NCBI RefSeq assembly: GCF_009914755.1
Contig: NC_060936.1
From: the human T2T-CHM13v2.0 reference genome, Homo sapiens
DNA: 64,000 nucleotides
Direction: 5' to 3' (one strand)
Shown here piece after piece: positions 24,170 through 46,800 of this stretch; the first letter of the stretch is position 1, and the number at the start of each line of letters is the position of its first letter. Position numbers and translations under genes: made by a program. The notes beneath the pieces are model-generated. The model ran no database searches and was not told the DNA's origin. It saw nothing but the letters and a program-made list of their open reading frames with translations.

Positions 24170-24557
24170 GAAACTGTGATATATATATATATATATTGGA
24201 ATACTACTCAGCCACAAAAAGGAATGAATTGACAACATTTGCAGGATGGGACTGGAGACTACTATTCTAAGTGAAGTAACTCAGGAATGGAAAACCAAAC
24301 ATTGTATGTTCTCACTCAGAAGTGGGAGCTAAGCTGTGAGGATGCAAAGGCATAAGAATGACACACAGAATTTGGGGACCCAGGGGGAAAGGGTGTGAAG
24401 GGGGTGAGGGATAAAGGACTACAAATCAGGTTCAGTGTATACTGCTTGGGTGATGGGTGCACCAATATCTCACAAATAACCACTAAAGAACTTATTCGTG
24501 TAAGCAAATACCACCTGTTCCTCAAAAACCTATGGAAATAAAATTTTTTTTTTTTTT
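24170..24557 (+). mobile_element. L1PB-like 3' end fragment with (TA)n
   Basis: ggaatactactcagccacaaaaaggaatgaa...ctaagtgaagtaactcaggaatggaaaaccaaacattgtatgttctcact...aacctatggaaataaaa. Confidence 0.85.
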
Positions 24558-26409
24558 AACATTCAAGCAGGCCAAGAACATTGGGTCCTTCTTTCGGTCA
24601 CTCCATAACTATTTGGCCAGCTGCCTGAGAGAATATTCTGGGCTCAGGATTCTCTTTGTATATGTTTTATCCAGGTCAGAGAAGTGCAGACTTACTCTTG
24701 TCTTGGGCCCCTCCTTCTCTTCTTTCCCCTGAGTCCGCATACCTGTAAAGTCACCTGTGAGATGACACGCGTGCCTGGCAGGGCCCAACAGCCCCTCTCA
24801 GCTAGTCTCCTTCTCTGGATCCAGGTGAGAAGCAGAGGTGTCTTCCCCATGCTATGATCCTGTACCCTTCCTGCTTAGCCAGGCCCTACCCTGCGGTCCC
24901 ACCCACTGTCTGAGTGCCCCTAACCCGGCCACTGGGGAGAGAGTCAGGCAAAGGAAGAACACGTGGTAGGATATGTGGTGGAAATGATGTGAAATGCAAG
25001 AGCCATAGCCGTGGTTTCCAATGCCAGCTCTACCACTTCCTAGTTTTGTGATTGTGGACTTTTCAGCCTTAGCTTTGCTATCTGTCAAATGTGGTGATAA
25101 TGACACCTGTCCTTGCTACATAACCAAGGTGTTATACAAACTGTTCGGGGTTGGCGGGGGTGGGGGGGCAGTGGAAATAAATGTTAGTTTTTACCACTGA
25201 AATTTTACAAAGATAAATGTTTAAGTCCACATCTTTTCCCAGCAGCAGCAACAGCAACAGCAACAGCACGGGTATCATGTATTGCCCGATTATTGTGTTT
25301 CACAACTGTAAGTGCTTTACAAAGATAATCTCCTTTAATCCCCACAACAGTACTATGAGGCAGCCACTGTTATTATCTTCATTTTTTTAGTAGTGAAAAC
25401 TGAGGTTTAAAAGATGAAGCACTTTGCCCAAATGACGCAACTAGTTAAGAATTAGAAACAGGATTTGAACCAAGGCCAACTGATTCAAGAGCTCAATACA
25501 GAAATATTGAGTTGGGCCCATAAATGCTGAGGAGACATGAATTGGGACCCCTGCTTGGAGGTAGTGCACTTTGAGCAGGTTTCAGGGGAAGAGAGGAAGC
25601 AGGGAGAGGGCAGTCTTATCAGGGATGAGGTAGGAGCCTCACTAGCCCCACTAAAGAGAGTTGAGAAAGAGGTCTTAGCAGGGGTCACAGAAAACCAGAA
25701 GGGGGAGAGTGAGACCAAGGTGACAGGACAGGCCAAGGCTAACGAGATTAACTATGACAAAAGTGACAGGAGGAGGGTGGGTGCCCAGGCCGAGACAGAA
25801 TATAATTGTACAGTCTCCACTATTTCTTTTCTCCTCCTTTTCAGGCAATTCTGGGATTCTAGTGAAAGTCATCACCTTCTTAAAAATTTCTGATAATTTT
25901 TCTTGAGTACTCTGCATATTTGACCCCAGATAAACTTCTGTCAAGGTCATGAACTTGAGAAAGTGTTCTTCTATCTCTTAGGAAATTTCCAGTCTAAATA
26001 GGCAAAGCAAAAGTCTGCTATAAGGAGTCCCCAAGCCCTCTCTCTGCTCCCAGCCTCCCCGTGCGTCCTGGAACCCTCTCCTGTGCACACTCCGGCCCCA
26101 GCTGTTTCAGCAGGCTGCTGGCTTCATTTTCCTTAAGACCCTGAACAGAAACCTGTGGTTGCTTCTAATGCTCTGCCACGATGGCTACTTGAAAAAAATA
26201 AATCTTTTTAGTTTTTGTAAAAGAAATACATGCTTTGTACAAAAACTCAAACAATAGAACACAGTATAAGAGCACAGTGTAAAAGTTCATTCTTTTCACA
26301 CTTTGTCACTCTGTCTCGTCTCAGGGCTACTGCTAGCCTATAGAGTGCATTCGTGACTATTAGACAAAGATGTTCCTTCCTCCAGACAGATAAAAAAATA
26401 TTTAATGAA

Positions 26410-28660
<2,251 letters not shown>

Positions 28661-28889
28661 TGCACATTCGAATGTGATCTGTAGTAAATTTTAATTTACT
28701 GGAGTTCAACAATGCATTAGATTAACTCAGCGTTCTGCACTTTGAACTACAGCTTCCCCTGCCATCTATCTTTCAATGGAAAGTAATCAGAAATTTCAAG
28801 TCTAATTAGTTACAAATATCATTACCATTTACACCCATCTATCTGTATAAATCAAGATTTTCTCAATACAGAAATATGTTGACTAATAA

Positions 28890-29600
28890 GATACCTTTGG
28901 ATTTTCTACATATGCAATCACATCATATATTAATAAATCAGTTTTATTTCTTTCTTCCTATCTGTAGGATTTTATTTATTTTTCTTGCATTATTGCACTA
29001 TTTAGGAATCCCAGTACGATGCTGAATAGGAGTAGTGACAGCAAATACGCTTGCTTGTTCCCAAGAAATGCTTGTGGGAAAAGCATTGACTTTCACCATT
29101 AAGTATGTTAGCCATGGGTTTTTACAGATGCCCTTTATCAGGCTAACGAAGTTCCCTTCTACTCCTAGTTTAAGAATCTGTTGTTGTTGTTGTTGTTTTT
29201 GTTTGTTTGTTTGTTTTTACCATGGAGGGTGTTGAATTTTGTCAAATGTTTTGTATCTATTGATACAGTCTTATGTTTTTTTCTTCTATGTCAATATGGT
29301 GAATACATTAATTCTTTGAATGTTGAGCAAGCTTTTTATTTCTGGGATACATTTTAAACATATACCTCACTATTTTTAAACAATATTTTTAAACACATGG
29401 TCATGATGTATTATCCTTTTTATATCTTTCTAGATTGAATTTGCTCATATCTTGCTGATAATTTTTGAATATATATATATATATATCCATGAGGGATTTG
29501 TTCTTTAGTTTCTTCCATTAATGCTGGCCTTATAAAACAAGATGGAAGGTGTTTCTTCTTCCATCTTCTGAAACAGTTCGTGCAGAATTGTTATTACTCT
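28890..29600 (-). mobile_element. Old L1 ORF2 fragment, antisense
   Basis: T-rich; 'gatgccctttatcaggctaacgaagttcccttctactcctagttt' L1M ORF2 antisense signature. Bounds approximate. Confidence 0.7.
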
Positions 29601-29980
29601 TTAATTAATCCCACCTATCTGCCAGTGCCTGGATATAAAGTTATCTCATCCATGAGGTCTTCTCCGGTCCCAAAATACTGCCTGTAACTTACAATAATAA
29701 TAATAATGTAACCTACAGTACTGCATGCTTATGATGGCACAGGTCCTACAGAATAAACATTTATCATTGATTTCAGTGTGTAAACCTCCAGCAATCCTCT
29801 GAGGAAGCTGTTGTTGCTACCTGTTTACAAATGAGTAAAGAAAGGCTCAGAGTTGTTAAATAACTTGCCCAGGGTCACACATTCTTTTATCTGATCATCA
29901 ACTTTTCATTTAGTGCCTACTAAATTCCAAGGTGCCAGCAACTGAGCCCACCCCAGAGCCCGCTCCCTTAGCATGTCCAT

Positions 29981-30160
29981 CAGTGCTTTCCAAACCATGG
30001 CCCTTGTGTCACCAGCATCAGAATCACCTAGGAGGTTGTTAAAAATGCAGATTTCTAGACTCCTCTGTAGTGGAAACTCAGGGAGAAGGAGGGGATGCTG
30101 GAACAAAGAATATGTATTTTTAGTAAGGGCCGCTTAATGAAATTAATGCACACTACTACA
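29981..30160. mobile_element. MER5-family MITE
   Basis: cagtgctttccaaac...cagcatcagaatcacctaggaggttgttaaaaatgcagatt. Confidence 0.65.
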
Positions 30161-31307
30161 TTCTGCCTTATGTTAATAGCTGTTTGCAAATTTCTCATTC
30201 TTCCCCTACTAGACCATAAATCCCTGACAGGATGCACTGTCTTATAAGTCTTGATACGCCCACGTAGCCACATGCACAACCTTGCCCACAGTCATTGTCC
30301 AACAGGCATTTACTGAACTAGAATGAAAACCACTTTGAGCTTCACATGCTCACACCTATTCACAAAGGGTCTCTCTGGATATCCTGACAGTGTCCCAAAT
30401 CCCCTGTTGGGCTGAAAGGCTTTAGGAGTAAGCACTGGCTGACCCAGTAGCACAGACAGGGTTCTTTTCATCAGAGCTGGAAGGATCTGTAGAAACAATC
30501 TTGGCCACTGAAAGTCCTTAAAGTGAGGCAGAAATTGAGCCAAGAGAGGAGAAAGGACTTGCCCAGTGTCACGCAACAGTTCCCACAAAGATGAGGATCA
30601 GCATTGAAGTCTCCTCACTCCCAGGGCACTCCTTCCCCACTTCACAGCAAGAAAAGGAGGCAGGAGTGTTCCATTTAGGTGGGCTTCCTGGAGGAGGTGA
30701 GCTGTCCTGAAGGAGGTGAAATGTCCAAAGGAATTTCCTTTCAAATGACAGGAAAGAAAGAATTTGGTGAGGAAGAGAAAAAGGGTTTATTTGAATTCAT
30801 ACTAAAACTCACAGGCAGAGAAAGGGAGGGAACCACAAGAGGGAGGATGTCCCAAATATTCTACAACATCATCAGAACGGAAATGTTTAACCCAGTTCCC
30901 TATGGAAATCGAGCTCGTAAAACCCTTCTGCCTGTGCCTGTCTCCTTTTTGAAGCCCAGGACCTGACAAGTCAATTACCAAATTTGGTGGAGGAGCAGCA
31001 GAGGGCCCTGGTGGGAGGGTGTGGCCCAGATTCTGGGCTACTCTACACTTCGGAGGGAAAGGAGGGTCCCTCTCCAGAGGTAGCCCCTCTCTCCAATACC
31101 TGCTTAGAGCTTGATTTCTGTCACGCCTCAGGCCTGGGTCCCTCTGAGTTAATGTACAAGGCTAATTTTACTACTGGAGTCCAGCAAGAAAGTAGCATAT
31201 ATATGATCTGGAAACCAGAAGGGCTGTGTCTCAGGTGGGGAAGGGATGGGGAACTGGAAACGATAGAAGGAGCTAGAGGTTCAGACCACTGAAAGTCTCA
31301 AGAATTA

Positions 31308-31610
<303 letters not shown>

Positions 31611-33132
31611 TTAAGGCTCCCCTGGGAATAAATCTGCCACCTTACCTGCCTCACCTCTTTTCCCCTCAGAAAGTTATTAGAATGGATTGCTATTCCCAAA
31701 GCCTTTTAAAAAATGAATAAATTGGGAGTGGGAGACCTGGTTTCTGTGTCCACCCTGGGCCTTACCTTTTTCCTCACCTAAGTGAAAAGTTCAAATACAC
31801 TGATTACCAAAGCTCCTGTCCAGCCTCAAATGTCTGGGACCAAGTCCCTGTTAAAGGTTGTGTTCATGTCTACACTATGTACATACCCGAAAACAGCCAG
31901 CTCCTCACACCACTTCTTCCCAACCTGCACCCTCTCCCCACAGACCTCTCCCCACGACTGAGGCCTGGGTGGTTCTCAGGGACCTTCTCTGATCAGCGGA
32001 TCACTTTAGAATGCTCAGCCTGGAGTCTTGCCACCTTGCCACCTGCAGCCTTCAGAGCTGTTCCTGCAGCACCCTCATACCTGGGTCCTGGCTGGTCTGG
32101 AGGCAAGTGAATGCATCTGTTCTCTATTAGAGCCGTCCCTGCAACCTCTGGGAACAGGAAGACGATCACAGACTCAACTAAGGACTCTCCAAGGTTTTAA
32201 AGCTGGGGTGGAGTGGGAGAAAAAAGGACCCTCCAGGAGTGGTTCTGAGTGGCTTTAAGCCACAGCTACTATAACCAAACGCCACATACAGAAAGCTAAG
32301 CTGACCTAGCCTGAGCCACCAACTCCCATTTGGGCAACTCTGGCCTGTCTAACACCAACCCCAAGCATGCCCAATCCCACCTGCCCAACCATTCCTGAAC
32401 TCCCTGGAAGCCCTGCTCAGGTGACATGGCCTTCCTGAGGAAGGGGCTGAAGGCATCTTCACACCCACAGGAGAAGGCCAACCTGATGGCAACATCCATG
32501 CGACAGGCCCCGGGGGCTGCGGTGAGAGAGGAGAGAAGGGCTTGTTTGCTGAGTGTGGTGGGACTCCGCTGACAGGAGGGGTGTCCTGTGAAAATAGAAG
32601 TGGCTGTTTTGGAGGCCACTTTAGAGTCCTCCAGACTCTTCCCAGGTATCCTCCTCCAGGCTTGCTCAGAGCCCCCGCAGAGACAGAGGCCAGGACCTAC
32701 ATCAGGCTGAGGAAGGTCTGCCTTGGAAGCTCGGAGCTTGGAAACTCACCACGATGGTGCCAGGGGCTCAGCGGTTTTGCCCTGAGGAGAAGTGATCCCG
32801 GGCCAAAGCCTTTGTGGAAAAGGGAGAGGGCAGTCTGTGGGAAATGCTCAGGAAGAATGGGTTTTTCTAGAAAAGAGACTCTTCCACAAATCTACCTGTC
32901 CACCTCCCGGCAATGCCATGGCCCTCAAGTCTGGTAAATACTTTCTGAGAACCACACACCCATCCCCAGGCTCCCATTCATCCAGAGGCTGGCGCCTGGG
33001 CTTCCCTCAGGGAGGCACGCTCCTCACCCAGGAGCCCCTCCTTAATGCCCAAACCTCCCTTGTCCATGGCTGCCCACTTCCACCAAGGTTTGACATCACG
33101 CAGACAGCACATGATATGAATTGCAAATGAGG

Positions 33133-33138
33133 TTTATT
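33133..33138 (-). terminator. KRT2: KRT2 polyadenylation signal AATAAA
   Basis: Plus-strand tttatt ~440 nt downstream of the stop codon. Confidence 0.8.
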
Positions 33139-33577
33139 ATGAAGACCCCCAGACCACAGCACTTCCGAAAGCAGAGTGGACAAGAGGAGCTATATACACA
33201 GAAACACATTTCCCCCCAGCACTGCCAGGCTTAGAGATGAAATCCCTGGATGGGCCTGGGTCCTCAACAGAATACACATCTGGAAAATGGGCAATGCAAA
33301 GAGGCATGGTGGGGGCGGGAATGGGCATGGCTAGAAGCACAAACCTAGACAGCACAGATTCCGCCCCAGAACACAGAGGCGTCACTGGCTCTAACTAACT
33401 GGTTTGGAGAGAAGATCTTTCAAAAACTGTATGTGGACATTCTTTTCCCTCAAAGTGCCATCAGAGATAAATGACAAAAATTTAACTTGCTGCCAGTTAG
33501 AGGTACAGAGACAGGCTTCTACATTCTGGAGTGGGAGAGTCTGGGTTGGGAGAGTCGGTGGTGGTGGGGGCTCATCT

Positions 33578-40725
<7,148 letters not shown>

Positions 40726-40792
40726 TCACAGGCTCTTGAGAAGAGTCAAGGCTGGAGACTCAACTGTGCTGCTGGGAGGCTTTCAGGGTCCC

Positions 40793-40800
40793 CTTATATA
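40793..40800 (-). promoter_or_regulatory. KRT2: KRT2 TATA box (TATATAAG)
   Basis: Plus-strand cttatata ~95 bp upstream of the ATG. Confidence 0.85.
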
Positions 40801-43800
40801 CCTGCCAACTAGGTGTTGTGTACATGGGTGTGGATCCACTTATACGTGGGTTTGGTCTGCCTGGGAGCTATTCCTGGTGCGTGATTATCAAGCTAATAGC
40901 CATTAAAAATCTACTAATCAGCTCCATCCCAGAACTTGCTTTGATTGCAAACTTCTGTTTATCTGGGCATCTGTCATGCAATTTGATTTTTGTAAAATCA
41001 TCAAAAGAGGAGATCAGGGTTTGGGTTTCTCAATCTGGAAAAGGACCTTCTGCAGAATGCTGCTCCCTGTTCTGGACCTGCCCAAGGGAAGTCAGCTACC
41101 ACCCATGCTTGTGCAGGCTCACCACCCCAGTTCAACAATGAAAGGGATGGTGGGTTTAGAGACTGCAAGAGCCCCTCAATGCCAGCCTTGTAGTTCTCTT
41201 GTAGTTTCCCTCTTTCCCAGAAAGAGCCCCAACTAGTGCAGGGGAGACTGCAAAGGTCTTAAATGACCTTAAATGCTAATTGGAAATCGACCTCCTCTTA
41301 CAGAAAGTAATTGGCCTCGGATACTGCAAAAGAGGTGTCGATTTTCAAAATATCTTGGCTCTTTTCTTCCCATGCCACACCAAAAATACACAATAACTAG
41401 GCACCGAATAGAGATTTTTTATAACCATGATGGTTTGTATAACCATCAACTGTCCCTTGTCTACATGAACACCCAGAGGTTGAGAGGTATGAGAAAAGTT
41501 TCGCTGTTTCTGGACCTGTGTGATGCGGGACACCAAGTGAAAGTTTGCAAACCAAGATCCAAGTGTATATTGATTCAGTCAGTCAGTAATCACGTATTGC
41601 CTGGTGATCCTGGGAAGTGATTAGGAAGTCAGGCTCTTCAATGACATCCACAGATGCTTGAGGATAAGAAGACCATCCAGCCTGCACAGAGCACTCACAC
41701 TTAAACTCAACCACTTCCTCTGTCCATGTGGCCAACTATGTGGGAGAGGTTCTTGGAGTAATAAAACTGAATTTAGTCAGAAATTCTGGGTTTGAGTCCC
41801 AGTTTTGCTATTTATTGGCTGTGAGGCCTTGAATGAAACCCTGAGGCTCTGTGGTCCCAGCTATAAAATGGGAAATTCGTATGAAGTGTTTTGAAAACCA
41901 CCGTGCACAATAAAATGTCAGTATCATTATTGTTTGGGGTGAGACAAAGATAATTCCTTTTCCTTTCCCCCTTGCCATGTTACTGTCTTCTGGCTACTAT
42001 GAACATGCACTCTCCACAGGCATCATAAATTACAGAACCAGGTGGTTCAGATCCTAGTACCAAGTTATCACAAAATAATGTAAAAAACATAAGTTTGAGG
42101 TCAAATCCCAATTTTCTTGTATCTTAGTTAAATGACCTCAGATAATCCATAATCCTCTTCAAGCCTCAGTTTCCTCATCTATAAAAAGTGAACAAGAATA
42201 ATAAGAATATGGCTACTGTGAAAACAGAACAATACACACATGTGCTAAACACAGTTCCTAGTTCATAGCAGAAACTCAATAAATGCTATTCACCCTTCTG
42301 CATCTTCCCCGCCAAGTTTCCAATCCTGTCTTAACTACTATTCAAGGTATTTAATTTGCAGTAAAAGAATGCTGAAGGAAACAAAGCTACATGTCTCCTC
42401 AATTATTTTTTCCAATCTGGTTTGCATAATTATAATCATGCAAACAAATCATGAAGCTAACAGCTTTGGAGACAGTCTCAATCCAAAGCAAAATGTGTCA
42501 TTATCTACAGATATCTGAGCAATGCCCTAGTCGTCCCTTACTCCACCATGACTGTGCTCACACTATGGCAGCTTCAGGGGGGTCTTAATGCCTCTATGAA
42601 GGAAATTGAGCCAGATTTGTGCTAGGCACCCAATCTGCATGTTTTACTGCATTTTAATTCTGCCCTCACACCCTGGTCTCCCTCCCCACTCTCTCCACTG
42701 AACATCTTCTCCTTCTAGACCCATTCACCAATTTTTGAAAGTCAAGTTGAAAGAGTCCTCCTACTCTTTTGAAATGTGGAGACTAGAATTAATGCAATTT
42801 GAATATTATGTAACATTTTATTTCTATATTTTTAAATTTTCAACTTTTACATAATCTCAATGTGCTTTCCTAGATAATATGCTTTGCATTCTTTAAGAGA
42901 GTGAAATGGAAGTTAAGAATCTTGGTCTGGTTGTGATTTTGCCTCTACGCAACTGGTATCCTCAATTTCTTCATCTATAAAATAGGAATATTTATCCTGA
43001 ATCCCTACTGTCCCACAAGGACATCGAGCTATTGCTGCAAAGAGTGTTAAGCTTCACTGTCTCTGAGAAGAGAACAGGAATCCTATAGAACAAAATCCTT
43101 CTTCCTGTTCCCCACTTTTTCTTTCAACAAACTGCCAGCAAGTCCAAGATCCTAAATGCTTCTCCTCATAGTGTTTCAAAAGCTCGTCTATTGGCCAGTG
43201 GGGCAGAAAAAATGAGCCCCCAGTATTAAGCAGAGAAGGGGTTAACTGTCTAGCCAACAGGAAATAAATGCTCAACCTAGTGTGGATGCTAACACCAGAG
43301 TCTCCAGGTAAGAATTCATTTCCCTCTCTTCTGTTCTCCTTTAGCAGTGGCGTATCTACCTGCCTTACAGCCTCATCATCACAGTCCTCCCTGTGTGACA
43401 ATGAACCATGTCCCAGGACTTCTGTAGGGTAGAGGCAAGGTCATATTTATCTTTAACCCAAACCTTTATCCCCTCAGCACAGAGAATCACTTGAAGAATA
43501 AGCCTGTATTCCAAAAAAATCATTTCTCTGGTTTTTGGTTTGGAATTGCAGGTGTTTCCAGATGTGTGCATGTGATGCTGGCAATGCTTGAAGTCTTCGC
43601 AGCCTTTCATGGACCTGTTGCCTAAAGGTCCCACTTGGAGTTGTCTCAGGTTTCTGTCTCAGCCCTGATCAGGGTTCTCTCCTCCAGCCAGTGAGTTTAG
43701 TCTCTCCTTCCCAAAGACTCAGTGCATCAGCTGGAGACGGCTGCTGAGCCCTCGGGGCATCTGGCTCCTACCACCTTGGAATGGAAACCAAGAGTTTGGG

Positions 43801-46800
43801 TTTAAGAAAACCGAACCAAAACAAAAAAAAAAAAAAACCCTCCTCTTCCAGCCCCTGCTGCTGGGCTCAGGCTGCTCAAGAGGACCAAAATCCTTAGAGA
43901 GTCCAATAACGTCATGAAAGAAGTTAGGAAGACAGAGAGGCGAGTCAGCAGGAGGCTGGAACAAGCTGAGCAGCAGGTCAGCTGGAAGCAGAAGCCTCCA
44001 TGGGCAGCGGCTGCCTGGCCTCTGCATGGGCTGCTGGCTCCGGGTACCTTCCATCAGAGCGCCCAGGTGCTGCTCCAAGGAGCTCTGCAGCTCCCATGGC
44101 TCCCAGAAAAGAAGGGACAGGAGGCTGACAGACACCCAGCAGGAGAGACTTGCTCAACACCTCCCTCCAGGGCATTCCTTCATAAATGATCATTTTAAAA
44201 CTGCCTACTCAGTCTCTCTTCCCAGCCCCTGACCCAGTTCTCCATTTTGGCCCAGGCTCCCCTCCTTTCTTACCTAACATCTCCTTTTCAGTTTTTTTTT
44301 TTTTTTCGATCGGCCCCTTTTCTTACAGCGAGACAGGTAGCTGTTTGATTTTCAGGTGCTCTGGCCAAACTGGTTATGACTGAGGAGCCAGGCTGGCAGG
44401 CAGCCACGTCCACCCTGAGCATGAAGCACCAAACATTCCCACTGTACAGAGCCCATTCTGGAACGAGGAGATTCCAGGACACACACGGCAGGCTTATCAG
44501 GAAAGCAGGATGTGTCCTCTGCTCAGAAACAATGCTGGCCCCAGAAGCAGAAGAGGAGAGAGGGCAGGGACACTGCCCAGTGCACAGCAGGGACCCTACA
44601 CATGTTGGTTGAACAAGACAGCTGTCTAGCAAGAGGATATGAGCCATCAGCGCCTAGCACAGAGCGAGTCACCTCCTTTCCCATAGCCAAGGCCATGTCA
44701 TGTATAGGTCTAATTTTCCAAATGGACCCCAGAATATCTGACCCAGAAAATGGCAAGTGACACAGTTCAGCTTTATTCTCAGTGGGATCAGTCTCCAGTT
44801 GAATTAGCTCTGCTGTATGCCATAGGCTACTGCAACTCCCGGGGGCCTGGGCCTTGTTTGCTAAACTGTGGTCTAGTTAATGATACTAGTGTGACATGTG
44901 GCTGTGTGTTCCCAACTACAGCAAGTCTTCATTCACACAGAGAAAGCCTCAAAGGGTCGTCTGTGAAAAGCTCTTGCCCTTCCCAGGTGCAGTCCTCACT
45001 CCAGCCGAACTGTTTCCCCGGACCACGTTCTCCTTCTGCTCTTGCACTGATATTCATATTTTGTCCATGATCTGTGTAGCCACACAAATGTGGAAGGACA
45101 AGACAGCTGTGAAATACTCCATCCCATCCTGGTCATGATTTCAGAAAAATGGAGTCGCTGTAATCATACCACTCACGCCACCCTCACAGTGCAGACTTCT
45201 CCAGGTTTCACCAGATTTAATGCTGCCCCCTTCTTACCCAACTTCTCCATCTAGAGGAGCCTTCCAACTAATGCTATATTGTGCTGCTGCCACTGACAGC
45301 TGGAATTCACTTTGGATGCCTCCACCTGGGCATTCGCCAGTTCTTCAGCAGCAGCCTGTGCCATGCACCACAGGAAGCTCTAAGAGACATCCCAGCCCTC
45401 ACCTGCTCTCCCACACCAGCCCCACCTCTCTGTCCCATCACTGAGAGCTGCCGCCACCCCCTTGTGAGCTCTTTCAAGGCTTCCTGCATTTGTTCGGATA
45501 GAGATCATTGCAGAAGAAGGCAGGTGGGAAAACATCCCCCCACCAAAAAATCAGAGAGAGAGTAAGCATGAAAGTTAATTGAATTTTATAAGACCAAATT
45601 CAAGAGACTCCTGCTCCTCTTTCTAGCAACAAAGGTTTTAGACACACCGTCAGACTGTGGGTGCTGGGATGCCTCACGTTGGAAGCAAAGGCCAAAGGCT
45701 TGATTCTGAATGACCTGATTGCTCCAGGGATTTTTATGAAGCAAAGAAAAAAAGGAAAATAAAACTGCTCAAAATTCTCTGGACGGCTTTTTTTTTCCAC
45801 CACAGGCTCTTCTTTAAAAGCCTTTCAATTCTAAAAAAGCAGGTGGAATCATTGCTAATTAAGCAATTAATGTTTAACAGAGCTAGTATAGTCATTCATG
45901 TGAGATTATTAAATTTACGACCTGAATTATATTTTTATGAGCCATAGGCACAATTCATAGTCCATTGGGTATTCAAAGAAGTATATTAGTCTCTATTTAG
46001 AAGTACATTTATAAGGGAAGCCATGTGATAAACTGGGAGGAATGTGTTTAGGAGTGAAGGTTGGGTTCCTCTGCCAGAAGCCAGCCCTGTCACCTTGGCA
46101 TGTCACCTCCCTTGCTGGGTCCCCCTTTCCTCCCCTGTGGACTGAGGGATTTGAAAACCAACAGGAACAGGGTGACTCCTAGATAAGGAGGTAGAGGACA
46201 TGCATTCCTGTGGCCAACTGCCTCCAGAACCTAAGGAACCTCAGCTTTTCTGAGCCTTGATTTTCTCATCTGTAAAGTGGAGGCGCCGGGCTACACCGAT
46301 TCCTTCCATTTCAGACATCAGTTTGTGCTTTAAATGGACACAATAGCTAAAGCCCTGAGAGCAGATGCAAACTCTGGGAAAGCGTAGAGACAAAATGTGC
46401 AGACACAGACCCTGCTTTCGGTTATTTTCTCACCAAGAGATGAAGGAAGAAATGGCAGCAGTAAAGTAGACAAAGGGAAGCCAGAGAGGAGAGAGAAGGG
46501 CAAACAGGTACGCTGCAGCTGAATAGGAGGGTTTGCCATCAGGCAGGAGCTGCCATCAGTCAGGGCCCAAAAGGCACGAGTTCATTATATCTTGATTCCC
46601 CAACTGTAAGCTCCTTAGGGGCTTATATCTCTTGTTTTTCTCAAGGATACCAAGAAGTAGAGTAGATCCATAAATAACTGTCTCTTTGAAATAACCTCTC
46701 ACCATTTCCAAAAGCTAAACAAAGTTTCTCAGATCCTGGTCCGTTGCTTCTCCTTTAATTCTTTCTCTTCCCTTGGGCTCGGCATACCCGGGGCAGGCAG

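Noticed and set aside
43914-44189. ORF with coiled-coil-like start (MKEVRKTERRVSRRLEQAEQQ) and keratin-like short words
   Set aside because: No colinear keratin motif or splice structure; likely chance.
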